Of a stretch of 64,000 nucleotides of DNA, positions 25,015 through 38,714 are shown piece by piece (positions within the stretch are counted from its first letter, which is position 1; each line of letters opens with the position of its first letter). The notes below the pieces were generated by a model. The model was not told the DNA's origin and ran no database searches. It was given only the letters and a program-made list of their open reading frames with translations. The DNA is from Eledone cirrhosa (Eukaryota). The stretch is taken from contig OZ024749.1 in assembly GCA_964016885.1 (NCBI GenBank), positions 26,722,001 to 26,786,000 of the forward strand, given 5' to 3'. A program made the translations under genes and the position numbers.

Positions 25015-25300
25015 ACTGTATGTAATACATATACAGTGCCTAGTTGTGCTATTTCTGGATGTTGCATATATTTGTATGGCCTGGGGTACTCTATGTAATA
25101 CATATGCAGTGTATAGTTGTGCTATTTTCTGTATGCTGTGTATATATGTGTTAGCCCTGTGGTTATATTTATGTATCTTTCTGCATGTGGTTTTATTCTT
25201 AGCGCAACAACTATTATAGGGATTCTTTCCATTTTCATCATCCACATTCCGGTTATTTCTATCTCCTGGGTTTTATATTTGGATAATTTCTCCATTTCCT
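25015..25300 (-). pseudogene. Degenerate R4/Dong-type non-LTR retrotransposon 3' fragment (restriction-like endonuclease C-terminus)
   Basis: Minus strand reads EKLSKYKTQEIEITGMWMMKMERIPIIVVALRI...IQKIAQLYTAYVL across a frameshift. This matches the EKxxKY...PIIVGALG...IQKIALL pattern. It abuts a (TAA)n tract, the known Dong target. Confidence 0.75.
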
Positions 25301-25303
25301 TAA

Positions 25304-25355
<52 letters not shown>

Positions 25356-26154
25356 GGTAATAGTATTGTCGTTGTTGTTGTTACTGCTATGTAATCGGAT
25401 TTACTCATCTCTCCAGCCAAAACTAACCATCACCACGGACCAGTTCTCCAGTGAAAGACAAGCAATGCTTAGATAATGAAATACCTCACTCTTCTTCTTC
25501 TTCTTCTTCTTCTTCTTCTTCTTCTTCTTCTTCTTCTTCTTCTTCTTCTTCTTCTTCTAACGACAAATGATGTCAATTTTCGGAAACGTTCTACATCTCC
25601 TTTGTTTAATAGAAAATCTAACTGTTCACGCATACACACACACACACATACACACACACACACTCATAAATACACACACTCATATACTGTCCACATTTTG
25701 TGATGGTGTGGTGGTGATGGTGGTATTGGTGGTCGTAATTGTGGTAATGGTGATGGTGATGGAAGGTAGGAAACCTATTAGTAGTGCTGGACTGACTATA
25801 AAACCCTATCGAACGACTCCATCTTAAAACCATGTTTCAATAAATAGACGAACATCGTAAATCCATTTACAAGACGAAAAATTACTAAAGAAAATTTACC
25901 CTGAAAGCACACACTCCACCATGAACCACCACACGCCACCACACGTCACCACAAACCAGCCCCACACACCACCCCCACCACCACACCACCACCTCCTTCT
26001 CTGCCATCACCATCACATGCCACCACCAAAATTCATCACACATATCCTCCACTTCCTCCACCATCGCACACACCACCACCACCTCCATATTTAAGGGGAG
26101 AGAATTCAATCAGATACACAACCATAATAGATCAGTTTTATATATATATATATG

Positions 26155-26263
<109 letters not shown>

Positions 26264-26359
26264 ATAGGGAGAGAGTGGGTCTTTGCTATCTTACTAGCGC
26301 TCGTTCTGTTGCTATCTTCATGAAACCATTACAGGAAACATTAATGAAACAACAACAAC

Positions 26360-26426
<67 letters not shown>

Positions 26427-26569
26427 ACAATACCAACAGCAACATAAGTAACAACACCTACAACAACAGCAATGAAAACGATAACAATAACAACATCAAC
26501 AGCAACACCACCAACAACAGCACCAACAACAACAGCAATAACAACATTGGTTATGTGTCTGTGGCGGTG

Positions 26570-27390
26570 GTAGCGTGGCAGCGGTGGAGTGGTGGCGGTG
26601 GCGGTTCCGTGGTGGTGGTGGTAGTGTGTTTGTGGTGGCGGTGGCGGTTCCGTGGTGGTGGTAGTGTGGTTGTGGTGGAGTGGTGGCGGTGGCGGTTCCG
26701 TGGTGGTGGTAGTGTGTTTGTGGTGGAGTGGTGGCGGTGGCGGTTCCGTGGTGGTGGTAGTGTGGTTGTGGTGGAGTGGTGGCGGTGGCGATTCCGCGGT
26801 GGTGGTAGTGTGTTTGTGGTGGAGTGGTGGCGGTGGCGGTTCCGTGGTGGTGGTAGTGTGTTTGTGGTGGCGGTGGCGGTTCCGTGGTGGTGGTAGTGTG
26901 TTTGTGGTGGCGGTGGCGGTTCCGTGGTGGTGGTAGTGTGTTTGTGGTGGCGGTGGCGGTTCCGTGGTGGTGGTAGTGTGGTTGTGGTGGAGTGGTGGCG
27001 GTGGCGGTTCCGTGGTGGTGGTAGTGTGGTTGTGGTGGAGTGGTGGCGGTGGCGGTTCCGTGGTGGTGGTAGTGTGTTTGTGGTGGAGTGGTGGTGGTGG
27101 TAGTGTGGTTGTGGTGGAGTGGTGGCGGTGGCGGTTCCGTGGTGGTGGTAGTGTGTTTGTGGTGGCGGTGGCGGTTCCGTGGTGGTGGTAGTGTGTTTGT
27201 GGTGGCGGTGGCGGTTCCGTGGTGGTGGTGGTAGTGTGTTTGTGGTGGAGTGGTGGCGGTGGCGGTTCCGTGGTGGTGGTAGTGTGGTTGTGGTGGAGTG
27301 GTGGCGGTGGCGGTTCCGTGGTGGTGGTAGTGTGTTTGTGGTGGAGTGGTGGCGGTGGCGGTTCCGTGGTGGCGTGGCGGTGGTGGTGTG
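26570..27390. repeat. GGT-derived minisatellite (~39/51-bp units)
   Basis: ggcggtggcggttccgtggtggtggtagtgtgtttgtggtggagtggt repeated. Confidence 0.95.
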
Positions 27391-27700
27391 GCGGTGATGT
27401 TGGGGAGAGGTCAGTTAAAAGTGGACACAATAGATTGTTTGTTATGAGAATGAGAGAGATTCCTTCATTTTATCTTCGTGGTTGATTAAGAATTAAGCGG
27501 AAGTCAGAAGATGGACGGAGGGAATGAAAATATCGCCATAAAATGTTTCAATCTGTTTCGTTAAGATGGCGGACTACATTGACCAAATATGGCGGACAGT
27601 CCTGTGTGTAGGAGGAAGTGTAAAGGGATGAAGGAATGGCGGAATGAGGAAATGGGGGAATTAAAGAATAAAGGAATAACTATGGTTAACAATCATGTAT

Positions 27701-28783
27701 GTAGGGTGTAGTGTACTTGTCTTGGACAGTTTTAAACATGGCGGAGCTCTACCCCTCACCGGATCGGAACATTTCTTACAGAGAGTGTGTGCGTCTGTAT
27801 GTGTGTGTGTGTGTGTGTCTGTGTATTACCTATAGGGGCCTACATCTTACGACCGATTTTCATGAAACTTTACAGGCTCATAGATTCGTCATCGGGGAGC
27901 GTTTTCTATATATCAGCGTATCGTTATTTTTATTCCGGAGTCATTTCTGCAGATAAAAATCGATGGGGGGGGGGGGGGGGTCACCCCGTTTTATTTATTG
28001 AAAAATAAGATTTTTGGCTCTAGCTCCCACATTTTGCCACCGATTTCGTTCAAATTTTAAAGCAAAATAGAATTTATCATTGCATATCCTGTAATAGCTT
28101 TATATTTTGCATTTGTTGTTCAGGGACGGCGTGGCAGCTGCTTAAATATTCAAAAATACGACTTTTAGACTCAAATTTCCACTTTTTCGGCTCTAGCTCC
28201 CACATTAATCAACCTACTTTGTTCAAATTTTACACTACGCTAGATCTGATTATTTCACGTTTTCAAGTGGCTTTACATTTTGGATTTTTTTTGTTCAGGA
28301 ACGGCATGGCAGCCGCTTAAATATTCGAAAATACCACCTTTTCGGCTCTAGCTCCCACATTTTTCAACCGATTTCGTTCAAATTCGAAACTTCGGCTCCA
28401 CCTCTCACATAAATCAATTTATTTGGTTCAACTTTTATACTACGATAGAACCTATCATTGAACATCTTATTGATGATCAAAGGCAAAACGATGGCCACTG
28501 ACGTCGTCTGAGCTTTTAGTTGTGTATTTGAGAATTCATCGGTTTCCAATCAAGTAGCGTGAGGAAATTTGGCTTAGTGTTAGAGGTCATTACCTCCCTC
28601 CCCCAGCATTCCCCTTCGTCAGTCACCCGCATTTCTCAGTGATAGAGGTCATCACCACCCTCCCCCGCATGGCCTGTGTGTGGCCATAGATGAGTCATCA
28701 AGAAGCAGTCGCTAAGACCAACACCTTTTCATCAAAGCAGATATTATTTTACCTACCCAGGCAACGCTGGGTACTGTTGCTAG
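27701..28783 (+). mobile_element. Non-autonomous Helitron-like element
   Basis: 3' hairpin tacccag-gcaacg-ctgggta followed by CTAG|T at 28780-28784. GT microsatellite near the 5' end, a ccgattttcatgaaact motif, and ~165-bp internal repeats (ggctctagctcccacatt x3). Confidence 0.78.
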
Positions 28784-28822
28784 TTAAAGAATAAAGGAAT
28801 AACTATGGTTAACAATCATGTA

Positions 28823-30328
28823 TCTACTGTACTTTGCCTTTTCGTCCTCATTTCTTCTCTATCACCAGATCTGAACACAGCCGATTTCTTCCAGAGAGTG
28901 TCTGTGTGTCTGTCCGTGTGTGTGTGTGTCTATCTGTCTGTCCGTGTGTGTGTCTATCTGTCTGTCCGTGTGTGTGTCTGTCTGTCTGTCCGTGTGTGTG
29001 TGTGTCTGTCTGTCCGTGTGTGTGTCTGTGTGTCTGTCCGTGTGTGTGTGTGTCTATCTGTCTGTCCGTGTGTGTGTCTGTCTGTCTGTCCGTGTGTGTG
29101 TCTGTGTGTCTGTCCGTGTGTGTGTGTGTCTATCTGTCTGTCCGTGTGTGTGTCTGTCTGTCCGTGTGTGTGTCTGTCTGTCTGTCCGTGTGTGTGTCTG
29201 TGTGTCTGTCCGTGTGTGTGTGTGTCTATCTGTCTGTCCGTGTGTGTGTCTATCTGTCTGTCCGTGTGTGTGTGTGTCTATCTGTCTGTCCGTGTGTGTG
29301 TGTGTCTATCTGTCTGTCCGTGTGTGTGTGTGTCTATCTGTCTGTCCGTGTGTGTGTGTGTCTATCTGTCTGTCCATGTGTGTGTGTGTCTATCTGTCTG
29401 TCCGTGTGTGTGTCTATCTGTCTGTCCGTGTGTGTGTGTGTCTATCTGTCTGTCCGTGTGTGTGTGTGTCTATCTGTCTGTCCATGTGTGTGTGTGTCTA
29501 TCTGTCTGTCCATGTGTGTGTGTGTCTATCTGTCTGTCCGTGTGTGTGTCTATCTGTCTGTCCGTGTGTGCGTGTGTCTATCTGTCTGTCCGTGTGTGTG
29601 TGTGTCTATCTGTCTGTCCATGTGTCTGTGTGTCTATCTGTCTGTCCGTGTGTGTGTCTATCTGTCTGTCCGTGTGTGTGTGTGTCTATCTGTCTGTCCG
29701 TGTGTGTGTGTGTGTCTATCTGTCTGTCCGTGTGTGTGTGTGTCTATCTGTCTGTCCGTGTGTGTGTCTATCTGTCTGTCCGTGTGTGTGTGTGTCTATC
29801 TGTCTGTCCGTGTGTGTGTATGTTTATCTGTCTGTCCATGTGTGTGTGTGTCTATCTGTCTGTCCGTGTGTGTGTGTGTCTATCTGTCTGTCCGTGTGTG
29901 TGTGTGTCTATCTGTCTGTCCGTGTGTGTGTGTGTGTCTATCTGTCTGTCCGTGTGTGTGTCTATCTGTCTGTCCGTGTGTGTGTCTATCTGTCTGTCCG
30001 TGTGTGTGTGTGTCTATCTGTCTGTCCGTGTGTGTGTATGTCTATCTGTCTGTCCATGTGTGTGTGTGTCTATCTGTCTGTCCGTGTGTGTGTGTGTCTA
30101 TCTGTCTGTCCATGTGTGTGTGTGTCTATCTGTCTGTCCATGTATGTGTGTGTCTATCTGTCTGTCCATGTGTGTGTGTGTCTATCTGTCTGTCCATGTG
30201 TGTGTGTGTCTATCTGTCTGTCCGTGTGTGTGTGTGTCTATCTGTCTGTCCATGTGTGTGTGTGTCTATCTGTCTGTCCGTGTGTGTGTGTGTCTATCTG
30301 TCTGTCCGTGTGTGTGTCTGTCCGTGTG
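28823..30328 (+). repeat. Second Helitron-like 5' end with an expanded (GT)n-CTATCTGTCTGTCC minisatellite
   Basis: a|TCTACTGTAC start with tcaccagatc...atttcttccagagagtgt, similar to 27756-27790, then 1.4 kb of ~24-30 bp units. Confidence 0.75.
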
Positions 30329-30337
30329 AGAAAGTGA

Positions 30338-30680
30338 GGACGAAAAGGCAAAGTTAACCTCGGTGTAATTTAAACTCAGAACGTAAACAACCTTAACTAA
30401 AGTCTGCAAAGCATTTTTGTCCAACACTCTTCCGAGTCTGCCATGTCACCACAAATATTTGCTAAACATAAATTATAATGGCTTTTTATATAGGCACAAG
30501 GCCAGCAATTTTGGGGGAGGGGAAAGTCGATTAAATCGACCCCAGTGCGTGGCTGGTACTTTATTTTATCGACCCCGTAAGGATAAAAGGCAAAGTTGAC
30601 CTTGGTGTGTTTGAACCTTAACTAAATGCTGCAAAGAACTTTTGTCCAACGCTCTTTCGATTCTGCCATGTCACCACACA
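30338..30680 (-). mobile_element. OK/Meta-type SINE copies (tandem, partial); further fragments at 45783-45899, 50790-50880 and 54982-55073
   Basis: Same ggtactttattttatcgaccccgtaagga...aggcaaagtt sequence as 3150-3780. Confidence 0.82.
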
Positions 30681-32430
30681 TTTGCAAAAGATAAATTATG
30701 ACACAGAAACTAGGGTTAGTTATAATAATTTCCTCCTTCGTCACCGGAACGAAATGTAAACACAGACATCATACAAATATATAAATGGAAGAGGGTAAAA
30801 AAAAAACAGGACGAAACGAAATACAAATTAAATTTTTGCCAAGCAAAGATATGTTTTGTTTGTTTAACAAGTTTAAACTTTCTTAATCTAATACATGTTC
30901 GACAACAATGGAAAAATAATGTGTGTGTATGTGTCTGTGTTTCTTTGTGTGTTTGTGTGCGTGCGTGTGTGTGGGTGGGTGTGTGTGCGTGTGTGTGGGT
31001 GGGTGTGTGTGTTCGTGTATGTATATGTGCGCGCATTCAAGTGTGTGTCTGTGTATGTGAATGTGTGTTCGTGTGTGTGCATATGTGTGTATGTATGCGC
31101 ATACGAGTGTGTCTGTGTGTGTGTGTGTGTGTATGTGTGTGTGTGTGTATGTGTACGTGTGTGTTTGTATATGTTTGTGGGTGTGTGTGCTCGTGTGTGT
31201 TGTGTATGTATGTGCGCGCATGCATGTGGGTCTCTGTGTGTCTGTATACGTGTGTGTATCTGTGTGTCTATATGTGTGTGTGTCTATATATGTATGTGTA
31301 CGTGTGTGTGTGTACATGTGGGTTTGTGTGTGTGTGTATGTATGTGCGCGCATGCATGTGTCTCTGTGTGTATGCATACATACAAACGTATACAGACACA
31401 CAGAGTGTATGTATGTATATATATACATGTATGTGTTCGTATGTATATATGTATGTGTCTATATATGTGTGTGTGTGTGTACGCGTGTGTGTGTTTGTGT
31501 GTGTGTGTGTATGTGTGTATGTGAGCGCATGCATGTGTGTCTCAGTGTGTCTGTGTATGTGTGTGCCTGTGTGTGTGTGTGTGCATGACTGTGTATGTGT
31601 GAGCATGTGTGTGTATATGTGTGTATGTGTGTGCATGTGTGTGTATGTGTGTGTATGTGTGTGTATGTGTGTGCATGTGTGTGTATGTGTGTGTATGTGT
31701 GTGCATGTGTGTGTATATGTGTGTATGTTTGTGCATGTGTGTGTATGTGTGTGTATGTGTGTACATGTGTGTGTGCATGTGTGTGTATGTGTGTGTATAT
31801 GTATGCATGTGTGTGCATGTGTGTGTATGTGTGTGTATATGCTCGTATACAGATGTTCGACAACAATGGAAATATTAATAGATATCAGGATTTTTTTTAT
31901 TTTGGAAGATTCTACATAAAGTGTGTTGAATGAGGTGTGTATATATATATATATATGTGTGTGTGTTGTGTGTATATAGAATATATATAATAGAATATAT
32001 ATAATATATATATATATATAATAGAATAAATATGGTTTTATAAATATAGTTTCCATTTATTTAATATCATTGAATATTATACTGCAGAAAATCGGTCGAG
32101 TGCTCTGAATCAGTTATAAACATTTATATTTGTTGAATTACCAACAAATTGAATATCCCGTTTGCTTATATATATATATATATATGTATGAGAATAAACG
32201 TGCTACGTGGTTGCAAATGGGTTACATATGAATAAAGTTAGTCCTTCATCAGTGATCTTCCACCCATCATTGGTAAAGCGATGAAATACCAATGATGGTT
32301 GGAAGATCACTGATGAAGGACTAACTTTATTCATTCATATATCTATCTATCTATCTAAGGCGGGTAAAATTCCCGAGATCCATGGACGAGTTCTCTCCAG
32401 CGGTCTCTGTCCCTCATTATCGCTGCCATA

Positions 32431-32555
<125 letters not shown>

Positions 32556-32585
32556 AGATCAAAAGATGGTTAAAAGAGTTCCATG

Positions 32586-32656
32586 TATTTTATTATGCGC
32601 ATTTCAAAAACAAATATCATCATGCAATAACATTTGTGTTTTCATCAGATAAAATA
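32586..32656 (-). ncRNA. Minimal type I hammerhead, second copy of the 5761 motif
   Basis: tattttat-CTGATGA-aaacacaaatgtt...atatttgtttt-TGAAA-tgcgca-TA-ataaaata. Confidence 0.8.
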
Positions 32657-32774
32657 GGAAGACATGATATGAAGGTTAAAAAACACTTGTGAATAGTGCT
32701 GTTTTAAATCAACATATCCTGCTTCTTGTCCGATATCTGCATTGCTTTATTGTACTACAATAAAACTCACCTCC

Positions 32775-32820
<46 letters not shown>

Positions 32821-32823
<3 letters not shown>

Positions 32824-32956
32824 TTAATATAGATGAGATTCTACAGGACTAGAACTGTTTCATTCTTTAGAAATCATCAGGAATCTCCTGAGATTCCTGA
32901 TGATTTCTAAAGAATGAAACAGTTCTAGTCCTGTAGAATCTCATCTATATTAAAAC
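32821..32956. repeat. Perfect ~66-bp-arm palindrome containing a hammerhead-like core on both strands
   Basis: Centre at ~32888. Plus strand: gagattc-CTGATGA(32897)-tttct-aa-agaa-TGAAAC-agttcta-GTC-ctgtagaatctc. Confidence 0.7.
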
Positions 32957-33023
32957 TTTTATACTCTGCAATGTATTGAGTACCTTACTTACTGTGGTTA
33001 CCTCCGATTCAACCCAGAATAAC

Positions 33024-33059
<36 letters not shown>

Positions 33060-33474
33060 TTATTTTTCATTCTATTCCTTCGTCTCAATAAACTTCTAAT
33101 TAAAACGGAATTTATTGTCAGGTACGTTAGCTAAATGGTTAAAACACTCGACCATGATTCAAGGAAAACGAAACCAACTTTTAGACTTTCACTTCATGAC
33201 AAGGCATGCTTTCTTAGTGTATGTATGTACATGTATGTGTTCGTATGTATATATGTATGTGTGTGCATGTATGTATGTATGTATGTATGTATGTATGTAT
33301 GTATGTATGTATGTTGTTTATATGAACTATGTATGTATATATATGTATGTATGTGTGTGTGCATGTATGTATATGTGATGTATGTATGCATATATGTAAA
33401 TATGTAAGTATATGTGTATGTATATATGTATGTATATATGTATGTATATATGTATATACGTATGTATATATGTA

Positions 33475-33507
<33 letters not shown>

Positions 33508-33568
33508 GAATGTATGTATATGTATATATATATATATATATACATATATGAATGTATGTATATGTATG

Positions 33569-33616
<48 letters not shown>

Positions 33617-33674
33617 TGTATGTATATGTATATATATATATATATATACATATATGAATGTATGTATATGTATG

Positions 33675-33722
<48 letters not shown>

Positions 33723-34037
33723 AATGTATGTATATATGTATATATATGTGTGTATATATGGGTATATTGATGCGATGTGTACATAGCTGCTGTGTTCATG
33801 CTGTGTACATGCTTAAATGATCGTTATAGATTCGATAAATATATCATAAATCAGAGCAGTTTGTTGTTATTGTTGTTGTCTTTGTTGTTGTTCATGTTGT
33901 TGTTGTTGCTGCTGCTGCTGCTATTTTTGTTGTTGTTGCTTATTTACCTCCCCCTCTCTATATACCGCCTACACACTCACACAGTCACACAAAAGTCATA
34001 CATATATACGCAGAGTCACATATATACACATATATTC

Positions 34038-34124
<87 letters not shown>

Positions 34125-34264
34125 CACATATATTCAGATATAGATGTATATATATATATACACATAGTTACATATATATACACAGTCACAAATATACATA
34201 CATATATATATATATATATATACACACATAGACATATATATATCTATATATATACACACACATA

Positions 34265-34310
<46 letters not shown>

Positions 34311-34439
34311 GACATATATATATATACACATAGACATATATATATATACACACACACACAGACAAATACAGAGAAAACCTTATACACACACACTCTAATA
34401 GATATGTCTAATATATATTAGAGTTATTTGTAGCTGAGG

Positions 34440-34484
<45 letters not shown>

Positions 34485-34994
34485 GTGCCATCATTTTATT
34501 TCTTCTCCCCCTCCCCCACAAATTTACCCTCCACCCCATACATACACATAAACACATAAACACATAAACACACACACGTAAAGAGAAAGACATACAAAAC
34601 AAATATACAAAACACAGACAAGTAAATTGGAGTTATGTATGTGTTGTTGTTGCTGTTGTTGTTGTTGTTGTTGTTGTTCTTCTTCTTCTTCTTCTTCTTC
34701 TTCTTCTTCTTCTTCTTCTTCTTCTTCTTCTTCTTCTTCCTCTCCTTCTTCTTCTTCTTCTTCTTCTCCTTCTTCTTCTTCTTCTCCTTCTTCTTCTTGT
34801 CTTAGATGTTGCTGTTGTCTTTGTTGTTGTCTTTGCTGTTGCTGATGTTGTTGTTGTTGTTGTTGTCTTTGCTGTTGCTGATGTTGTTGTTGTTGCTGTT
34901 GTTGTTGTTCAGTTTCTTTGTGTTTTTCTGTCACTACCCCCGCCTTTAATGTACCTCCCTACATACTGACACACACACTCACACACACACACAC

Positions 34995-35163
34995 ACATCT
35001 ATATGTAAACACACACATGAAGACAAAGACCTGTATACACACACACACACACACAAACATATGTAAACACACACATGAAGACAAAGACGTACATACACAC
35101 AGACACACACACACACACAAACATATGTAAACACACACATGAAGACAAAGACGTACACACACA

Positions 35164-35232
<69 letters not shown>

Positions 35233-35383
35233 GTAAACACACACATGAAGAGAAAGACGTGTATACACACACACACACACAAACATATGTAAACACACAC
35301 ATGAAGACAAAGACGTACATACACACAGACACACACACACACACACAAACATATGTAAACACACACATGAAGACAAAGACGTG

Positions 35384-35425
<42 letters not shown>

Positions 35426-35453
35426 TATGTAAACACACACATGAAGACAAAGA

Positions 35454-35491
<38 letters not shown>

Positions 35492-35860
35492 TATATATGT
35501 AAACACACACATGAAGATGTGTACACACACACACAAACATATATGTAAACACACACATGAAGACAAAGACGTGTACACACACACTTACACACCAACATGC
35601 ACACACACATACACACACACACCAACCTACACACACACACACACCAACCCACACACACACACACCAACCTACACACACACACCAACCTACACACACACAC
35701 ACACCAACCTACACACACACACACCAACCTACACACACACACACACCAACCCACACACACACACACACCAACCTACACACACATACACACACACACCAAC
35801 CTACACACACACACACACCAACCTACACACACAAACACAGACCTGCACACACACAAACAA
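34995..35860. repeat. (CA)n-based minisatellites
   Basis: aaacatatgtaaacacacacatgaagacaaagacgt units, then caccaacctacaca units. Confidence 0.93.
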
Positions 35861-36837
35861 ACAAACACATACATACACACACTCCAACACATTTGATTCC
35901 TAACACCGCCGCAGCAGCAGCAACTTCTGCTGTTGCTGCTGCTGCTGCTGTTACTACTGTTGCTTCTCCTGCCACTACTACTGCTGCTGCTGCCACTACT
36001 ACTGCTGCTGTTGCTTCTCTACCAAACCATCACCACCACCACCACAACCACCACCACCACCAACAACAACAACACCACCGCCTCTCTTACATCATCTCAA
36101 CCCGTTTAAGGTATATTTTTACTAGTTCGCCTCTCCAAAGTCTGGCGCCACAGTGTCTCTGTCATGCATCATCCGTCTCTAAACTGTTTGTAGCTCAATT
36201 AATCTACATTACATACTTAAACAATCCGCCATTACTCCACTTCCGATATTGTTTTAACGTCTCTAATTTGACCATGATTTATTAATCTTATTAATAAACA
36301 GTGGTGAAAAAGATGGTGGTGGTGGTGGTGGTGGTGGTGGTGGTGGCGATGGTGGTGGTGGTGGTGGTGGTGATATCTGTGGCGATGGTGATGAAGGTGG
36401 TGATGGTGGTGGTGGTGGTCGCCGTCGTGATGATATCAGTGGTGGTGGTAGTGGTATTGATGGAGGTGGTGTTGTTATTGGTGGTGGTAGTGATGAAGTT
36501 GGTGGTGGTGGTGGTGGTAAGGGTGGGGGGGGGCTTATATCAATAGTGGTGGTGTTGTTGTTGTTGTTGGTGGTGGTGGTGATTATGGCGGGGGTTGCGA
36601 TGGTAGTGATAGTAGTGATTGTGGTGGTGTGGTTGTCGTCGAGATGGTTGTGTTGGTGGTGGTGATGGTCGTGGGACTGGAGGGGGCTCGGGGGATTGTG
36701 ATGGTTGTGCTGGTGGTCGTGGTGGTTGTGGTCGTCGTGATGGTTGTGGTGGTGGGGGTTGAGATGGTGGTAGTGGTGGTGGTGATGCCAGTGGCAGTAC
36801 CAATAGCGGGGAGGTGCCGAATCTTTAGTTATGTCTA

Positions 36838-36957
36838 TTCTACAATGGACTGGCGTCCTGTCCAAGGGAAGACTTGTACTCTCAGTCGCTTCACGCCATG
36901 AAGCGGGGATAAGCACCGGCCAAATCTGCCTTCTGGCTTAAGACAGACTTTAGACTT
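36838..36957 (+). mobile_element. SINE fragment with a V-domain-like motif
   Basis: atggactggcgtcctgtccaaggg...gtcgcttcacgcc...ggataagcaccggcc with an agactt tail. Confidence 0.5.
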
Positions 36958-37070
36958 CATATATATTTATATATAATATGTGTTGTTCACTTTCTTATAG
37001 TAGCTCTGTTCTATACATAGAGCACTCTTTTATCCGTTGCTTTTCCTTCGGAATTACCTAACACACACAC

Positions 37071-37103
<33 letters not shown>

Positions 37104-37124
37104 TATATATATACACACATATAT

Positions 37125-37184
<60 letters not shown>

Positions 37185-37373
37185 CGAAGGAAATGTGGTA
37201 AGGAACCAGGTGGACCATAACGCACCAAAGTACTCAATACTTGAGGTAGTAGAGTGGGTAATAGGAACCAGTAAGACCCCGACAGCTGAGCTCAAGCCGT
37301 TTCGACGGCTAATTCTGCGTCCAGAATTAGCCGTCGAAACGGCTTGAGCTCAGCTGTCGGGGTCTTACTGGTT

Positions 37374-37424
<51 letters not shown>

Positions 37425-37474
37425 TGCCCCCTCGTTATCGAGTATGGCCATTGCGCGAGAAGAAAAAAATAAAA

Positions 37475-37512
<38 letters not shown>

Positions 37513-37529
37513 TTAAAAAAAAAAAAACG

Positions 37530-37566
<37 letters not shown>

Positions 37567-37634
37567 CATACATATATACATACACACATACATACACATA
37601 CACGCACACATATACACACACATACATTAATAAC

Positions 37635-37677
<43 letters not shown>

Positions 37678-37685
37678 GCAATAAT

Positions 37686-37734
<49 letters not shown>

Positions 37735-37937
37735 TATATTTATTCAGGTTTGAGGTTCACCACTGGATAGAGCTGGTCAATTCCGTATGGTCAATCGTAA
37801 TGTAATAATATAGAGAGTACTCAACGTAAAGTAGTTCAACCGTCTTTGTTTTTGTAGTTGGTGGTTCTATTACGGAGTTAAATATTATAATGAAATGACA
37901 GGAGGCTGGATTTGTGTAAATCCTTGAAAGGTTTATT

Positions 37938-37995
37938 ATACTATGATCATTTCAATGACCGGGTTCCGTATGAATCCGGTGATATCATCAGGTAT
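37938..37995 (-). ncRNA. Minimal type I hammerhead ribozyme
   Basis: atac-CTGATGA-tatcaccgg...ccggtcat-TGAAA-tgatca-TA-gtat. Palindromic stem III ATGATCAT. Confidence 0.72.
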
Positions 37996-38564
37996 TCGAA
38001 ATATAATAAGTAAATGTAATAGATAAAATCCATGGGGCTGAAAATCAAAGACCCGAGGGCGACCGCCATCCAGCATCTTCTACCTTTGCCGGTCGCCCTG
38101 GAGTGACGTGGCTAAAGTTTATAGTATGCTACTACCGGTCAAATAAAGGAAAATAGAAAGGGATAGGAACATAAGTTAGCGTTAATATCATGCCACAAGA
38201 AAAAAGAAAGAAAGAAAGAAAGAAGAGAGAAGGGGGAAGGAAGAAGAAGAGAAGCCAGGGTTAATGTCAGCTATAAGAAGAAAGACAGAAAGAAAGAGGA
38301 GGAAAGGTCGGTATTACAGTAAGGCCAGGAATATCGCGAAAAAAATTTTTAATTCTAAGGGACCCGTATCTTAACAACTACTACCGGTCAAATATAGGCA
38401 AACAAAAAGGGGAAGGAAGATAAGTCAGCGGGAGGAAGACAGAAAGAAGGGAGAAGAGGAGGAAGAAAAGGAAGAAGAATAAAAGTCAGGCTACAAGAAG
38501 AAAGATAGAAAGAAAGAGGAAGAAAGGTCGATATATATATATATACACACACACATATATATAT

Positions 38565-38641
<77 letters not shown>

Positions 38642-38662
38642 CATGTATATATATACACACAG

Positions 38663-38707
<45 letters not shown>

Positions 38708-38714
<7 letters not shown>

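Noticed and set aside
26318-27430. Extensin-like TEPPPPPLHH ORF
   Set aside because: Translation of a GGT minisatellite open in several frames; no non-repetitive coding flanks.
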